A stretch of DNA of 64,000 bases from contig MQRK01251327.1 in assembly GCA_001938485.1 (NCBI GenBank), positions 1 through 64,000 of the forward strand, written 5' to 3'. Of the stretch, positions 50,001 through 62,975 are shown piece by piece. Position numbers and translations under genes: made by a program. Origin of the DNA: Girardia tigrina. Lineage: Eukaryota. How positions within the stretch are numbered: position 1 is the first letter of the stretch; each line of letters starts with the position of its first letter. The notes under the pieces are model-generated. The model worked only from the letters and a program-made list of their open reading frames with translations, was not told the origin of the DNA and did no database searches.

Positions 50001-51831
50001 TAACTAATTTTGCACGTCGTTTTACAAGTTTGTTGTTTTATAGAAATGAATAAACCATTGTACAGAGTAAATACATATTCTTTAACGAACTTTTTAACAT
50101 CATACGACTGCAGGATATGTGGTGCTATGCTGTGTCACGATATTAAGTCAACATAGGAATTCGCCCCAACATTCTAAGTAGTGATCTCATATTTTCTAAT
50201 TCTGCTTTGATTTTTATTTAAAACCTCGAAAGTTATTCAATGGTTACTTTTCCGAAGTTGTTTTATTTATCATATATCATTAATATTAATATATTTTTGA
50301 AATCAGCAAAATTTAAAGCTCTGATTCAATAAAAGCTCTAAGATATAAAAGTATTAAAAGTAAGAAGAAAATTAAATTTCAAATAAATTGTTCGGTACAG
50401 TCTCCAGATCACCATATAGACTGTCCAGTTGTAGCAGAAGCATAGTATTCGTTCGTTTTGTGTTGGGACATTGTTAAGATAATGGTTTGTTCATTGATAA
50501 TTTTTATGTTTTAAAATTGTTAGCAATAATTCAGATCGTTTTATAATTGTCGATTTCGTCAGCGAAAATAATTCATTCAAGAGCTTCAAGAGTCAAAATA
50601 ATCGTGAGAAAATCAGATTTTTTAAAAAATTATATTTCTCCTCAATCAAAAATTCCAGATTTCAAAATAAAATAATTCATTTTAAAAAATTTATTTATTG
50701 TGAAAGATCTTTCGAGAGTTGTAATTTTACAAAATATTTTCATCACAATTGAGTCGTCGCTCACTGCATAGATAAACTTGAAACAGTCATAAAAATTTCA
50801 ATCGTTTTTTCAATTCAATTCCAGTAAAAATTTTCATTGTTTAACAAATCAATTTGAAATACTTTTAATGGTATTATAAAATTCGAGAAAATAAAAATTG
50901 TGATTTTGAAATCCCTTGAGACTGATGAAGATCGGTCGACCAATCAGAGTGAGCCATTGACTCAATCAGTTTCTTTCTCTCCAATCGTCAGTTATGACAT
51001 ACACAATACACTAATAGCAATAATAACCGGAACAAAGACATCATTGTTTGGTTTTTCTAAATCGATTTTTGTTTTTATAACTTTAAACATCATTTTTAAT
51101 AAATTTTTATTTTGACATTATTTATTTAATTTACTTTAATTTAATATTTTCATAATTATAAACCGATATACATATCGTTATATGTAAAATTATGAAGCAC
51201 AAATACTTCAGCGATAAACAATTAAACATGGTAAAACGATTATAGTTTTGAAGGTTAAAAAAATTAAAAAAAGGTTAATTAAAAAAATTTGATTAAAAAA
51301 ATAACAAATTAATAATAATCAAATAAGTTTAAAATTTTTAATTAACAAGAATATATTTAAATTTTCGAAATAATGGTTATTTGCAGTTTGAAATATTTTT
51401 CTTCTTATTGTTGATGAGCAATGAATTTTATGACTATGAAACATTATTTAGGTACGATGATGTATAACGACACAAAAGACATTGTAAATGGTCAAGAAAC
51501 ACCTGAAGGAATTGATGAACTTTTTTGTATTCATTCTTATGGGTCAAAAACCAAGAAACAAATGGTGTTCGAATCATTTCCTGATGGAAAACCAAAGATA
51601 ATATATGGTGATGGAGATGGTACCGTTAATATTGAAAGTTTAGAGATTTGTAAACACTGGGAAAATGTGCAGTATACAACCATACCAAATGTGGAGCACA
51701 TGAAAATAGTGGGTGACCAAATATTCATAAAGAAAATTAGAAAAATTCTTTATAAACAACCAAATACGATGTTGGAAATTGAACCACTGAGAAGTACAAA
51801 ATCGGATGACAATTTTAATATAATTTTGTGA
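41056..51831 (+). CDS. PLA2G15/LCAT-like phospholipase/acyltransferase, copy C, join(41056..41294,41341..41561,45026..45253,47624..47809,51452..51831), about 417 aa
   Basis: Signal peptide, PLILVPGIGGS, IRGAPYDFRKAPNEN, VILGHSMG, GDGDGTVN, EHM. Lengths of exons 2-5 are identical to copy B (221/228/186/380), and the spliced CDS is in frame (1254 nt). Confidence 0.92.
42896..43420 (-). mobile_element. pogo/Tigger transposase C-terminal relic
   Basis: The minus strand reads TKTNRMRRANY*NISNWVIES*NAVIPKCVKNYFKRG, similar to pogo C-termini. There is a TIR-like CCATACTTTTTGTGCATAACC at about 42897. Confidence 0.45.
45800..46090 (+). mobile_element. 3'-truncated copy of the solo-LTR family; a further diverged fragment starts at about 46270
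   Basis: Closely matches 40206-40500 (TGCGAGGAATATTTTGAATGTTTGATG...CTCTCCTACCCAGATGG). Confidence 0.8.
46960..47120 (+). mobile_element. Ty3/Gypsy gag N-terminal fragment
   Basis: GC-rich island reading KIVPAYDGRGDFSIWIERY...NKLVMLPLALTGEA. Confidence 0.6.
48351..49082. mobile_element. Long palindrome plus (GACA)n element resembling a non-autonomous Helentron (HINE/DINE-1-type)
   Basis: ~135-bp inverted arms (48351-48486 / 48560-48692), a (CAGA)n tract at 49007-49052, and a terminal GAAAAACGTGGTAAAA complementary to ACCACGTTTTTC in the arm. Confidence 0.6.
49190..49540 (+). pseudogene. Old Penelope-like RT C-terminal/GIY-YIG relic
   Basis: SDIVYAYKCNECDTV at about 49482-49526 parallels NLVYQFKCHKCESL. 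Upstream EVCFS...EIEV resembles the PLE linker. Confidence 0.4.
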
Positions 51832-52905
51832 TTTTTATATAAATAACTTTAAATGAATAATTAAATGTTTCGATTGTTTTTAATTACAATATGAAAATAA
51901 TTTAAATGTTTTGAGGGGATAATTTAAAAATAATTATAATAGAAAAATTAAAAAAAGAACGAAAGCGATAGAAGTTGTTAAAGAAGCTAAATTTGTATAA
52001 GCATAAGCCTCCTCGACTGTTACGGAAAACTGTGTATTACAAATAATGAATCATAGTGAATCATAGACTCTGTATCAGGTAGAAAACATTTGACAAATAC
52101 AAAGTTTTCTGATCCTCTCACACGGCTTCAGATGCAAGAGTGCGAGCTTTCAATGCACGGGCACGCTTCGGCTTCCCTTTGAGAAATGACCAGTCATGTT
52201 CCTTCGTAATCATAATTTCAATGGAACTTCATATCTATATAAAAAAGGCATATTTAATTCTTTCAATATACGATAAAATTTACATTCGAGAATCCCGACT
52301 TTTTTACATATGTCTTTATGTTTAAAATTTAACTTTTTATATTTTAAATATTCTTATATTAAATTAATATTATATCGCATTCTATTATTAATAGATTCTG
52401 CTTTAATATTTTGTTTTATGTATTCAAATTTGAAATTTTCAAGTTTTTTCAAATTATTGAAATCAAGTTTTTAATTTTCGTTACTCATTTTCGTTTTAAA
52501 TAAAATGACAAAAATGGACTAAAGCGAGGATAAAAATATTTACAAGTTCAAATAATATAAATTATTATCCAGTTTTTCTAAATAGTAATATCAATAAATA
52601 GATTGTTCCCTCAATTGAAAATATAAATTCTATAATAAAAATTCTCCTAATCGGAGAAAATCCTATAATATTAATTCTCCTAATGGGAGAAAATTATGTA
52701 ACATAAATTCTTTAACATAATGAAAATAAGAAATATCAATAAACTATTTATTTAAAACATCAAAAATAAACAAATAAGTTATATTGATTTCCAAAAATTT
52801 TCTTCCATTTTTTATAATTTTTTCAATAGATTTTATATTATTTTTCACATATGAAATGCTAAGCGAACACAACTGTAATTTCGGATATTTATGGCTGAGA
52901 TTATA

Positions 52906-53574
52906 CAGTGCGTTCAAAAAGTAACTGTGCACCTGCAATTTCAAAACAAGAACGATATCCTGTGTTCTAAAAATCAATAATAAAATATTTTGAATAGTCA
53001 ATTTTATGTGAAGAACAATGACCGTCTCTTAATTTATTAAAAATAATAAGAAAAGAGTCACAACAACTGCTGGAAATGCCCACTAAGTTCGTGAATACAA
53101 ACGTTAATTCGACGTTTCAAGTTTTCGAACACTCGATGAATTTCCTCTTGGGTGATGGCTTCAATTTGGTGTAGGATGTTATCACGTAGGTCTTGCAAAG
53201 TTTGTGGTTTGTTTCGGTAAACCTTTTGCTTTATCGCTCCCACAGGTAAAAGTCCAAAACACTTAGACCTAGGGATCTTGGCGGCCAAATTCCTTTGAAA
53301 ATGTTTCTCTTCGGGAAGATCTCATTCAAAAAACGAAGCGAAATGTTTGCGGTATGTGCTGTTGCACCATCCTGCTGAAAATAGCCAGTCGATCGATAAA
53401 AAAATTTAAAACGCTCAGTGTCAAGGTCAAAGTGTGTAGGTATGTTTTTTGTTCACGAATCTATTTCATAGTACGATTTCATAGAAATTTGCATTTAAAA
53501 AGTTTGCTACAACGCTGATTATCTACAAATAAACCAGATAATGAAAGGTGCACAGTGACTTTCTGAACGCACTG
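52906..53574 (-). mobile_element. Internally deleted Tc1/mariner element (rosa/DD41D-like)
   Basis: TIRs CAGTGCGTTCAAAAAGTAACTGTGCACCT / AGGTGCACAGTGACTTTCTGAACGCACTG with TA flanks. Encodes YFQQDGATAHT, WPPRS and KQKVYRNKPQTLQDL...GHFQQLL. Confidence 0.92.
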
Positions 53575-56500
53575 TATAACTTGATTAAAAAGTAAATCTT
53601 CGATCAATTCTAATTATTTTCATTTATGGTTAATAATTCTTTAAATGTGAAATTTAGTTTTCTATTTAATTCCTTGATTCTCGATAAGAACGCTCCTAGT
53701 TCCATATAAGAATGTAAAATATCATTTTATTAATTCTTTGATGTTTTCAAAGGCCGTATCTAATTTGCAAGATTTTGGATCACATAAATTATTTGAAATA
53801 ATATTTATTTGATGATCAATATTTTTACGTAATTTGTTCTTTGTTTCATTTATTCTTTTTTCTAATAATTTTTTTCTATTTTGATTTAATCAATCTTTAT
53901 TTAACAGATAAATCATTAAATACTGTTTGATTTATGGAACAATCTTCCAAACTTTTCATTTATAAATTTTACATAATTTTTTTTGCAATTGACGTTTATA
54001 TAATCTTCAAGGAGTTTGTTAAATAACCAATTAAAATAATCTTCCTGAATGTTTAGATCCATTTAAAATTAAATAAATTCATTATAATTTTATAAATACA
54101 TTTGAAAAAAAATTATATAATAAAATTTTAAAAAACATCTAGTTATTAAAAATTATCATTGAACAGAAAAAAATTGTCAAAAATTTCTTAAAAAATATTC
54201 ATTGTATAGAAAAGAATTTCTCATAACATAAATTTAAAAAATATCAAAAGGATTTTAATAATTCGAGAATAACGAAAAAAACAAAAGAAATTTTTATTTT
54301 CATTAAAAAAATCATATATCGAAGTATCGTTGTTGATTCTGATATTAAATTAAATATTGACAATGATTTTTCTAAGAGGATTTCCTCTAAATCTTTCCTA
54401 AAATTTCGGAAACAAATTTGACTCATTTAAAATTCATAATGTCGATTCAGATACACAAAATTAAAAAGTAGGAATTTAAATAAATTCGTTTCGAAAAATA
54501 GTACAGTAAACAGAAAATTGAATTTTTGAAACAACTAGCTTCAAAAACTGGAACAGATTATTTCTCCTCCAACGGTTCTCCAACGATTGTTTAAGAAATC
54601 GGAATTTCAAATCTGTTTTACTACTTCTCGACTTAACTATATATATATATATATATATANNNNNNNNNNNNNNNNNNNNNNNNNNNNNNNNNNNNNNNNN
54701 NNNNNNNNNTATATATATATATATATATATTATATTATATTAGTAAAAAATTTTAATATATGTAAAAATATATATATTTATTATATTATTATTATTAAGG
54801 ACACAAGACTGATTTTCATAAAGTTTATTTTTATGAAAAAATCAGTGATCAGTCTCTGATTGTACATTTCAAAATTCTGCGAAAAACAACTAATTTTTAA
54901 ACAATGTGTCTTTTATCAAATTCATAAAAATTAAATTAATTAATTTAATTTTAAGACAGTTTCCAAAAATACTAATTGTTTGGGAGAGTTTGTATTTCAA
55001 TTCACATCATGCAAGCATACGTTTACATTAAACATTTCATGCAAACATTTATAATTTCAAACATACCTTACAAGTATGACAAAATATTAAATTTATTTTA
55101 ATAATAAAATATTTGTTTGACAAATATCTTAAAGTATTTTACATTAAGTTATAATAATTATAATTCTGATAAATATTATACTTACAGCAATTAATACAAA
55201 AAGAAGACAAATAATACTGAACTACGAAGGAAATACTTATTAGTTTCCAATCATATCCATATAAATGCAATTAAAAATGCACCTGCTGCGTACTACCTAT
55301 GCAAAGGAAAATATCATCAGCAAAGACATCATCGAAACAGAAAAAAATCAGTCGATTCTGCAGATTTCCATTGAAGAGAGATTGAAAGAAGCTATCTTGA
55401 TGTATACAAAGTCGAAAACGAAGATTGTAGAAACTGATTTGATAGGTGTGAAGATCTGNNNNNNNNNNNNNNNAAAGGCGGTGTTTATAAGATAAAATTC
55501 ACCGGTGATGGATGGCATTTGATAAAAAAATTGAAGAAATTCGAAAGAGTCAAATCGATTTGGAGGAAATAGAATTTGAGATCGGCGATCAACAGTCGAG
55601 TTGGATAGAAAGAGAAGATCAAATTGATGAAATATCGGTCCTCATGGATTTTAACCTCACTTAAATTGAACTCGTTCGAATCCGATTGAGACTGTGGAGT
55701 TACTGTGATAAATTATCGATGTATGAAAAAGTAATCGATCAATCCTCGACCAAATTCAATCGGGATACTTGTGCTGAATTCAAAAGTCTTTCACCGTTTG
55801 AATTATCGATCAAATTCCAATGGATTATAGTCAAAAGTTGCGAGTTTCTCGAGAAACATCACTGTTCCGTTGTTCCAATTGAAATGAGATCAAAGGAAAA
55901 TCGATTGGATCTTTTGGCAGATTGCCTGAATACCGATAGAAGCCTCTATCGTAACCTCGAGTAAGTAATCGAAGCGACATCGTTTTTATTCGATGAAAGA
56001 AAACCCTCCGATAGAAAATACCACGAAGGAGAAGCGTTACGATTGGTCGCCAATAAATCAATTGAAAATAACGATTATTTCTCGAAATCGATTCACGTCG
56101 GCGAGTCGGGGGATCAAAACGACTTGTGATCCGGTCAATTGGACAGATGATAAAAATGTCGTCAAATTATTGAATGAGTCCTTGAATAAAGCACCAGCGG
56201 GAGATCTAACGGTAGTAATTATTTTTTCCTCACGACCCGGAATCCGCCCCCCAACCCAGGAGCACCGCGGCCACGAAACCGCTGCGCAACCATCTCTCGC
56301 ACCAGTATTTATGACAGTCTGAATAATATTCAGTCCAAATTTGATTAAATTTGGTAAAATATTAGTGTGTTTTTAAAGGCCACCTGAGGACTTTTGGGAC
56401 AGCCTAAGTAATTATGCTCAGATTAAAATCAAGACATAATTTTAATTATTTAAATTCTCTTTGACAGCGCTAAGCATATGAACTAAGTTATTTCTTATTT

Positions 56501-56732
56501 CTGAATTTAATTTAACGAATTGTATTAAATATTTAAGAATCTCGCTTTAATATTTAAGGAAATAAAATTAAAATTACAAATATAAAAATTGAACTTAGGA
56601 CTTATGCTTAAAATGATTTGATTATGGTTGTCATAATGTTTATAATAATAATTATTATTTATTTTAATGTGCAGAATTTTAAAAACTATAAAATTATATA
56701 TCTGATTGTTTATCAAAGTTATTTCAATCTCG

Positions 56733-57701
56733 ATGGTAGCTTTCAGTTTATTATGTATTGTTGCTTTCCTTGGTACCTGTCTTGGTACATCGGAAGACAC
56801 ATCTAAAATAATTGATAATCCAAGTGACCCCAGTCCTTTAATACTGATACCAGGGTATGGAGGATCAAGAGCTTATTCAAATTTGACTATTTGGGATCGA
56901 ATTGAGAAAAAGTTAATATGGGTCAATTATTTATATATATATCGTCCATCGTTGTTGAGGAGATATTTCAAGTAACTCTAAAAATTTAATTTATATCATT
57001 ATTTATAAATAAAATAAAGATTAGAATATGATCCACAAACTCATAAAACGCGAGACGTTGGACAACCTCACATGTATTTTCCCGGGTGGGGTTCAACAGA
57101 AACAATGGAAAATCTTGATAAATGGAAACATAAAAGAACTTCGTACTTCGAGAATCTAGTAAATGAGTTGGTAAAAGACAAATTTTATGAAAGAAACAAA
57201 ACGATTCGAGGAGCTCCATATGATTTTAGAAAAGCTCCAAGTAAATTACAAATTTTATATTTTTTGAAAAGTTTCTTAATTTTAAAAGTAATTTTATTTT
57301 TTGTGACAGTCTGCCTTTGCATTGTGTCGGTATCATTAAGTTACTGTTATACAAAAGAAACATATAGTAATAAAATAACTAATATATAATATAATATAAA
57401 ATAGTAATAATATAATATATAATAAACAAAATGTACAGACATTTTATCACTGTGACACTTTATCAACTGCAACGGGAAATGAAGTTTTTAATATAAAAAA
57501 ATTGGATAATATTGAAAATGTTTTGTTAAAAGTAAAGTTAAAATCTTTATTAATTAACAATGTTTCACAAAAAAAGAATAAATAAAAAATAAAAATGAAT
57601 AAAAAATAACATTAAACTAATTCTAAAATAATAAAAAAATAATTGTGTTATAAATAAAATTTTGGTGTTAATGAGTCTTAATCTCGATCAAGAACCCAAC
57701 A

Positions 57702-57783
<82 letters not shown>

Positions 57784-60700
57784 TACTAGCAAAAGACTCT
57801 CATGTATTAAGCGTTAGATAAATTTTTGCATTGGAAAGTTTCTGTTTTAATTTTTAACTCATAATTATTATAATTTATTATTTATTGTTTAATAAATAAT
57901 TTTTATTTATTATATTATTATTTTATATTTAATAATTATTAATTAATTTGTTTACATTAATTAATTTTAATTAATTAATTATTTTTTTATTTAATTTATT
58001 ACAATTTATTATTAATAGTTATTAATTTATTCCTTTTTATTTAATTATTATTTTTTAATTTGTTTTTATAAATTATCTTACTTTATTATATGCATTTTTT
58101 AGTTTTTTAATTATTATTATATTGATTGTTTTTAATTTATTAAATTTTTATTTTATTTTATTCATTTTATTTTTTTAATTTTCTTTTATTTTTGTATTTA
58201 ATAATTCTATTATTATTATATACTTGTAATTTTAAGTATAATTTTAGGTATAAGATTAATTATCATTATTAATATATTTATTAATATATATTTGTAGATA
58301 TTGTTATATATTTTTTTATTTAATTTTTTATTATGAATTTTAAGTAGATTATCACGCGTGACCGACAAACAACCAAATTAACTAACATTTTAGACATATA
58401 TTATAAATTACTATTATTTATTGTATTATATATTAGTTACTTTAGTACTATGTTTCTTTTGTATAACAATAACTTCATGATAATTTAAATTAACAAAAAT
58501 CATTCTTATTTATTAAGAAATTTTAAAAATTAAAAAACGAAACGAAGTAAATTTCCTGAAAAACTGTTTTTTTTAAAGAAAACAATACCCATATTTCTAC
58601 AATTGGGAAACTGTTGAAAGAAGATTATATTTTTGTTCGTTATAATATATTCTAGTCCGGGTACTTATTGAATGCACCATGTAATTTCTGTTAAAATAAA
58701 AATAGTTGTTGCAATCATTGTACTTGTTCATATTTTGCATTTCAAAATTTTATTATGAAATTTATATCATACTTTTTTTAGATGAAAATGAAAATTTTTC
58801 AAGCGATCTGAAAAACTTAATTGAAGATACTTACGAGGTTTCTGGTTATCAAAGAGTAGTGATCCTGGGTCACAGTATGGGTTCTCTATATACTTTATAT
58901 TTTCTTCGAAAAATGTCTCTTTCTTGGAAGAAGCAATATATAAGAGCATTCATATCAGTTAGCGGACCTTTCGCAGGATCAGTAAAAGCAGTTGAATTGG
59001 AAACTAGTGGTAATTTCTTACTGTTGTTCAGTTCCTAATGATTAAAGTTGTAATCGCACATTTTCTATTTAATATAATTCTTTTCTTTTTGATCTTAACC
59101 ATTGAGCCGCGGGTGCACCTTCGCCACATATCTCTATTTGTAGCTTCTTTTCTCAGACATTCCATATTCAATCCACTCCATTCTTTTAAATCATCTATCC
59201 ATCGCCTCTTTGGTCTTCTTCTTGGTCTTTCTCCTTCCACTCTTCCCTCAATCATAACCTTTTCCAGTGCTTGTTTTCTTAATTGATGTCCGTAGAATTT
59301 CAGCTTCCTTCTCTTGATGGTCTCTTTTATTGATTTCGGTTTTTTACCTAGTATTTCTGTCACTCTCCTCCAGAAAAAGTCGTTTGTCTTCTTTTCTTTC
59401 CACGTGATCTTCAGCATTCTCCTGTAGCACTTCATTTCAAACGCTTTAAGTCTATCCATGCTCTTCTGATTTATTGTCCAACTCTCGCATCCATAGAAAA
59501 GTGTTGCCCAGACAATAGCCTTATTGATCTTTATGCTGCTCTTGAGATGGATTTCTTTGAGGTTAAACACTGTGCTAAGCTTAATCATTGCGCTTGCTGA
59601 AATACCAATCCGGCTTCTGATTTCTTCTTCGCTTCCCCCGTTCTCTTTGATAGTAGAGCCTAAGTACTTGAAACTCTTAACTTGTTCCGCTTCTACCCTT
59701 CAATGTCAATCTCGAGTTTGATCTCGTTGTTATGGTTTCCTGAAACCATTATTTTGATTTTAGTCTGCTGTTTTCCATTCCAAATTTCTTTGATGCTTTT
59801 TGTAATCTATTCGTAAGTTCCTGAATTTCTTCCTTATTTTTATCGATTGGGTCTATGTCGTCAGCAAATCGTAGGTTGGTTATTCTTGTTCATCCGCAGC
59901 TTATTCCAACATAGTCTACTGATGATTTAAACCAGTCGCTAAATTGCTCACTTGTCAACACTTTTGTTTTTGCGTCTTCGTAAAGGCTCTTAATAATTTT
60001 CGTAATCTGTTTTCCTTTGTTGCGTTTATCCATAGTGTTCCATATTGCTTAAGTTATGTCAAATTATTCTTTTATGGTCTCTGGTTTTCTCATAAATCAG
60101 TCTTAGGTTGGTTATCTGCTCCGTAGTGATGTGGTCTCTTCTGAAGCCTGCCTGTATCTCGCTAAGAACTTGTTCCACTTTTGGTGTGATTCTTCTTTGT
60201 AACGCTTTCAGCATAACCTTTGATGCGTGACTGATCAAAGTAATTGTTCTAAAGTCGCTGTACATTTTGCTATTTGCTTTCTTTGGTATAGGAATGAGGA
60301 TATATTCAGTCCATTGTGAGGGCCAAACTCCATTATTTAAAAGTTTGTTACATATTGTATGGAGAATGGTCACTATATATTCGCCTCCATTCTGAATTAG
60401 TTCCGAGCTGATGTTGTCCATTCCTGGGTTTTTGTTCCTCTTCAAACCTTTTATGGCAACCTATACTTTTAATCTTAAAATTTTGCATTCATGATCTTCG
60501 AAATTTCATTATGTTTCCCACATCTTCAGAAATAACGCTCCAGTCGACATCTGCTTTGAAGTTGTATAGTTCGCTACAGTAATCTCTCCACCTTTTAATA
60601 ATCTATGTACTTTTTGTAAGTACGTTTCCATCTTCATTTTCAATTACATTTATTTGTCTTCTTCCTGACTCGGTCAGTTTCTTAATTGTCTTGAATGCTG

Positions 60701-62003
60701 CTCTAGAATTGTTTATTTCAAAACTACTTTCTATCAATTTTGCTTGTTCTTACGCCTAATCCTCTTTGGCCTTCCTCAGTAACCTCCAAACTTCCTTGTT
60801 CGCCTTTCTGTAATCTTGCATGAACTCTTCGCCGATATTTCTCTTGTTTTTCAGTTGACGTCGTCTGTAACAGCATTCCAATACCTCTCCATTGATCCAG
60901 GGTTTCCTCGTCTTTTGTCTTTTACCCAGAATCCTTTCGGCAGTAATTGTGATAATGTTTGTGAACTTGTCACAGAGCTTTTGTGGTAGCTGGTCTTCTA
61001 GTAGCAGCAAAGGAGCGAATTTTGATGATAGTTCACTCTGATATTTGTCCCTAATTCTAATATCCTTCAGTTTCTCAAGGTCGAAAAGCGCTCTTCGATG
61101 TTTTGTTCTGGTTTTTGGGGAGAGCTTTAGTTTGAAAGTTGTCATGACAAGATCATGATCGCTTCCTATGTCTGGTTTCTTGAGAGTTCTAGTTTTGGCT
61201 TTGTTGACGCTGAATTTGAATTCCTTATGTAGTCTAGTTGTTTCTTAGTAACACCATCAGGAGTATGCCATGTTGTTCTTCTTGATGCCTTGTGTCTAAG
61301 TAAGGTATTCACATACCATCTTATGTCTCTCTGCAAAGTCTAAGAGTATCATGCCCCTCTCAGTTGTAATGTACTGTCAGAATTTTCCGACTGAGGAGGG
61401 GTTAATGTCTTCCCCAATCGCTTAGAACAATGATAAGGTCTTTCTTTGGAGTTTTGTCGATGAGCGTTTTCAGATTTTCATAGAATTCATCAACGACTTC
61501 CTCATCGTAGTCAGTTGTTGGTGCGTAGACTTGGATGATAGTAGTGTTAAATGGTTTACTGGAAATTCTGATTGAAATAATTCTTTCGGATACTGGTGTG
61601 CATTCCATCACATTGATTGCAGTACGCTTGTCCACTATAAATCCCACGCCGTGTTGTTTCCTATTTTAATGACCACAGTACCACACCTTGTGTCCATCCT
61701 CTGTCGTGTATACTCCTGTGCCAGTATATCTCATTTCTGATTTGTAATTTTATTTTTTATTATTAATATATATTAAGTTTTAAATACATTGTCTTAGTAT
61801 TATATTTTTGTAAACAGGGTTTATGGATGCTCCATGTATAAAACCAATTCACTTTAGAGATATTGAAAGATCTTTTCCAAGCACGACATTTTTGTTGCCG
61901 AAACCTGAAATCTTCGGACATTATCCTCTTGTTATCACTCCAAATAAAAACTATTCATCCTACGATTATTCTGAATTATTTCAAGACATGTCCATGGTAT
62001 ATG
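56733..62003 (+). CDS. PLA2G15/LCAT-like phospholipase/acyltransferase, copy D, exons 1-4: join(56733..56971,57020..57240,58782..59009,61818..62003); exon 5 lies beyond the window
   Basis: Signal peptide, PLILIPGYGGS, IRGAPYDFRKAPNEN, VILGHSMG, ERSFPS. Exon lengths 239/221/228/186 match copy C. Confidence 0.9.
57702..57785. repeat. (ATT)n microsatellite
   Basis: Directly visible. Confidence 0.95.
59080..61742 (-). mobile_element. RTE-clade LINE (APE plus RT), decayed and internally deleted, in intron 3 of copy D
   Basis: HGVGFIV, IIQVYAPTTDYDEEVVDEFY, GSDHDLV, PGMDNISSELIQ, QAGFRR, LRFADDI, FKYLGS, YGCESW, AFEMKCYRRMLKITW. Confidence 0.93.
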
Positions 62004-62529
62004 GTATGTTTTCATAATTATCATTAATTAACTTTGAATTTATCTTTGATAGTTGTTTTGATAAAGAAACATATTCAATTTGTTATCCTAATTACCAGTG
62101 ATAGAAATAATTTTTAATATTGTGTAATTTGTGTTTTAATGTTGTTTGTTATTTATAGTATTTCTCACACCCAGATCGCTGTTAATTATTTTTGAATACT
62201 TTTTCTGAAAAGAATATTCAAGGTAAATATTGATATATTGATAAGTTTAAAATATAATTGATAAGCTTAAATCCGGATGATAATGTTTAATAACAAACAA
62301 ATTCATCATATTAAAAATATACTTCGATGTACACAACCATCATTTTCAGGTCACTAATTAATAATTGTAAATAATTTAATAATTTAAATTCACCTGTATA
62401 TAAATGCAAAAAGTATTATTCAGTCAATGAAGATCTTCTACCGTCAGGCGCTACTTTCAAAATTGATCTCTTTTGCGAACAAGAACTTATCAGCCAGCGA
62501 ATTAGCATTCATCTATAATGATACTGGAT

Positions 62530-62975
62530 AATGTTTGGTGGATGAAGATGCCATGGGGAAATGTTCATTAGACTAAAATTGAGAAGTTTTTTGCGAGGGT
62601 TTGGCTAAAACTCCATGATTTACTTAAAGGTGATACTGGCGACATTACACTCAATGATACCGATCTACCTACAAGTTCAGTAACTGCGTCGTATAATGTA
62701 CTCAACAATATCAGTTGAATTGATTGCTGTTCCATCATTGGGTTTATTTCATTTCACGAAGATTTAGCAGTTCACGATTTTTATTCAAATTACCCTGATG
62801 AGATAATGATAAAATTATTCAGTTGGCTACGAATTTAGAGCAAGAACTATCCGATTCCGATAAAAAGGATGATGGTGGATAAAGATGGCACGGGAAATGT
62901 TCCTCAAACTAAAATTGAGAAGTGTTTTGTGAGGGTTTGGCTAAAACTTCATGATTCACTTGAAGGTGCTAGTGA
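62530..62975 (+). repeat. Direct repeat of a ~110-bp coding-like segment (62530-62640 and 62868-62975)
   Basis: CTAAAATTGAGAAGT(T/G)TTTTG(C/T)GAGGGTTTGGCTAAAACT occurs twice, about 340 bp apart. Confidence 0.7.

Noticed and set aside
50920-50950. CTGATGA plus an imperfect hairpin as a hammerhead
   Set aside because: The stem is followed by AGAG, not GAAA.
57785-58410. Possible Helitron/Lep1-like element starting ACTAGC after the (ATT)n tract
   Set aside because: The interior is low-complexity AT sequence and the termini are too weak to support a call.
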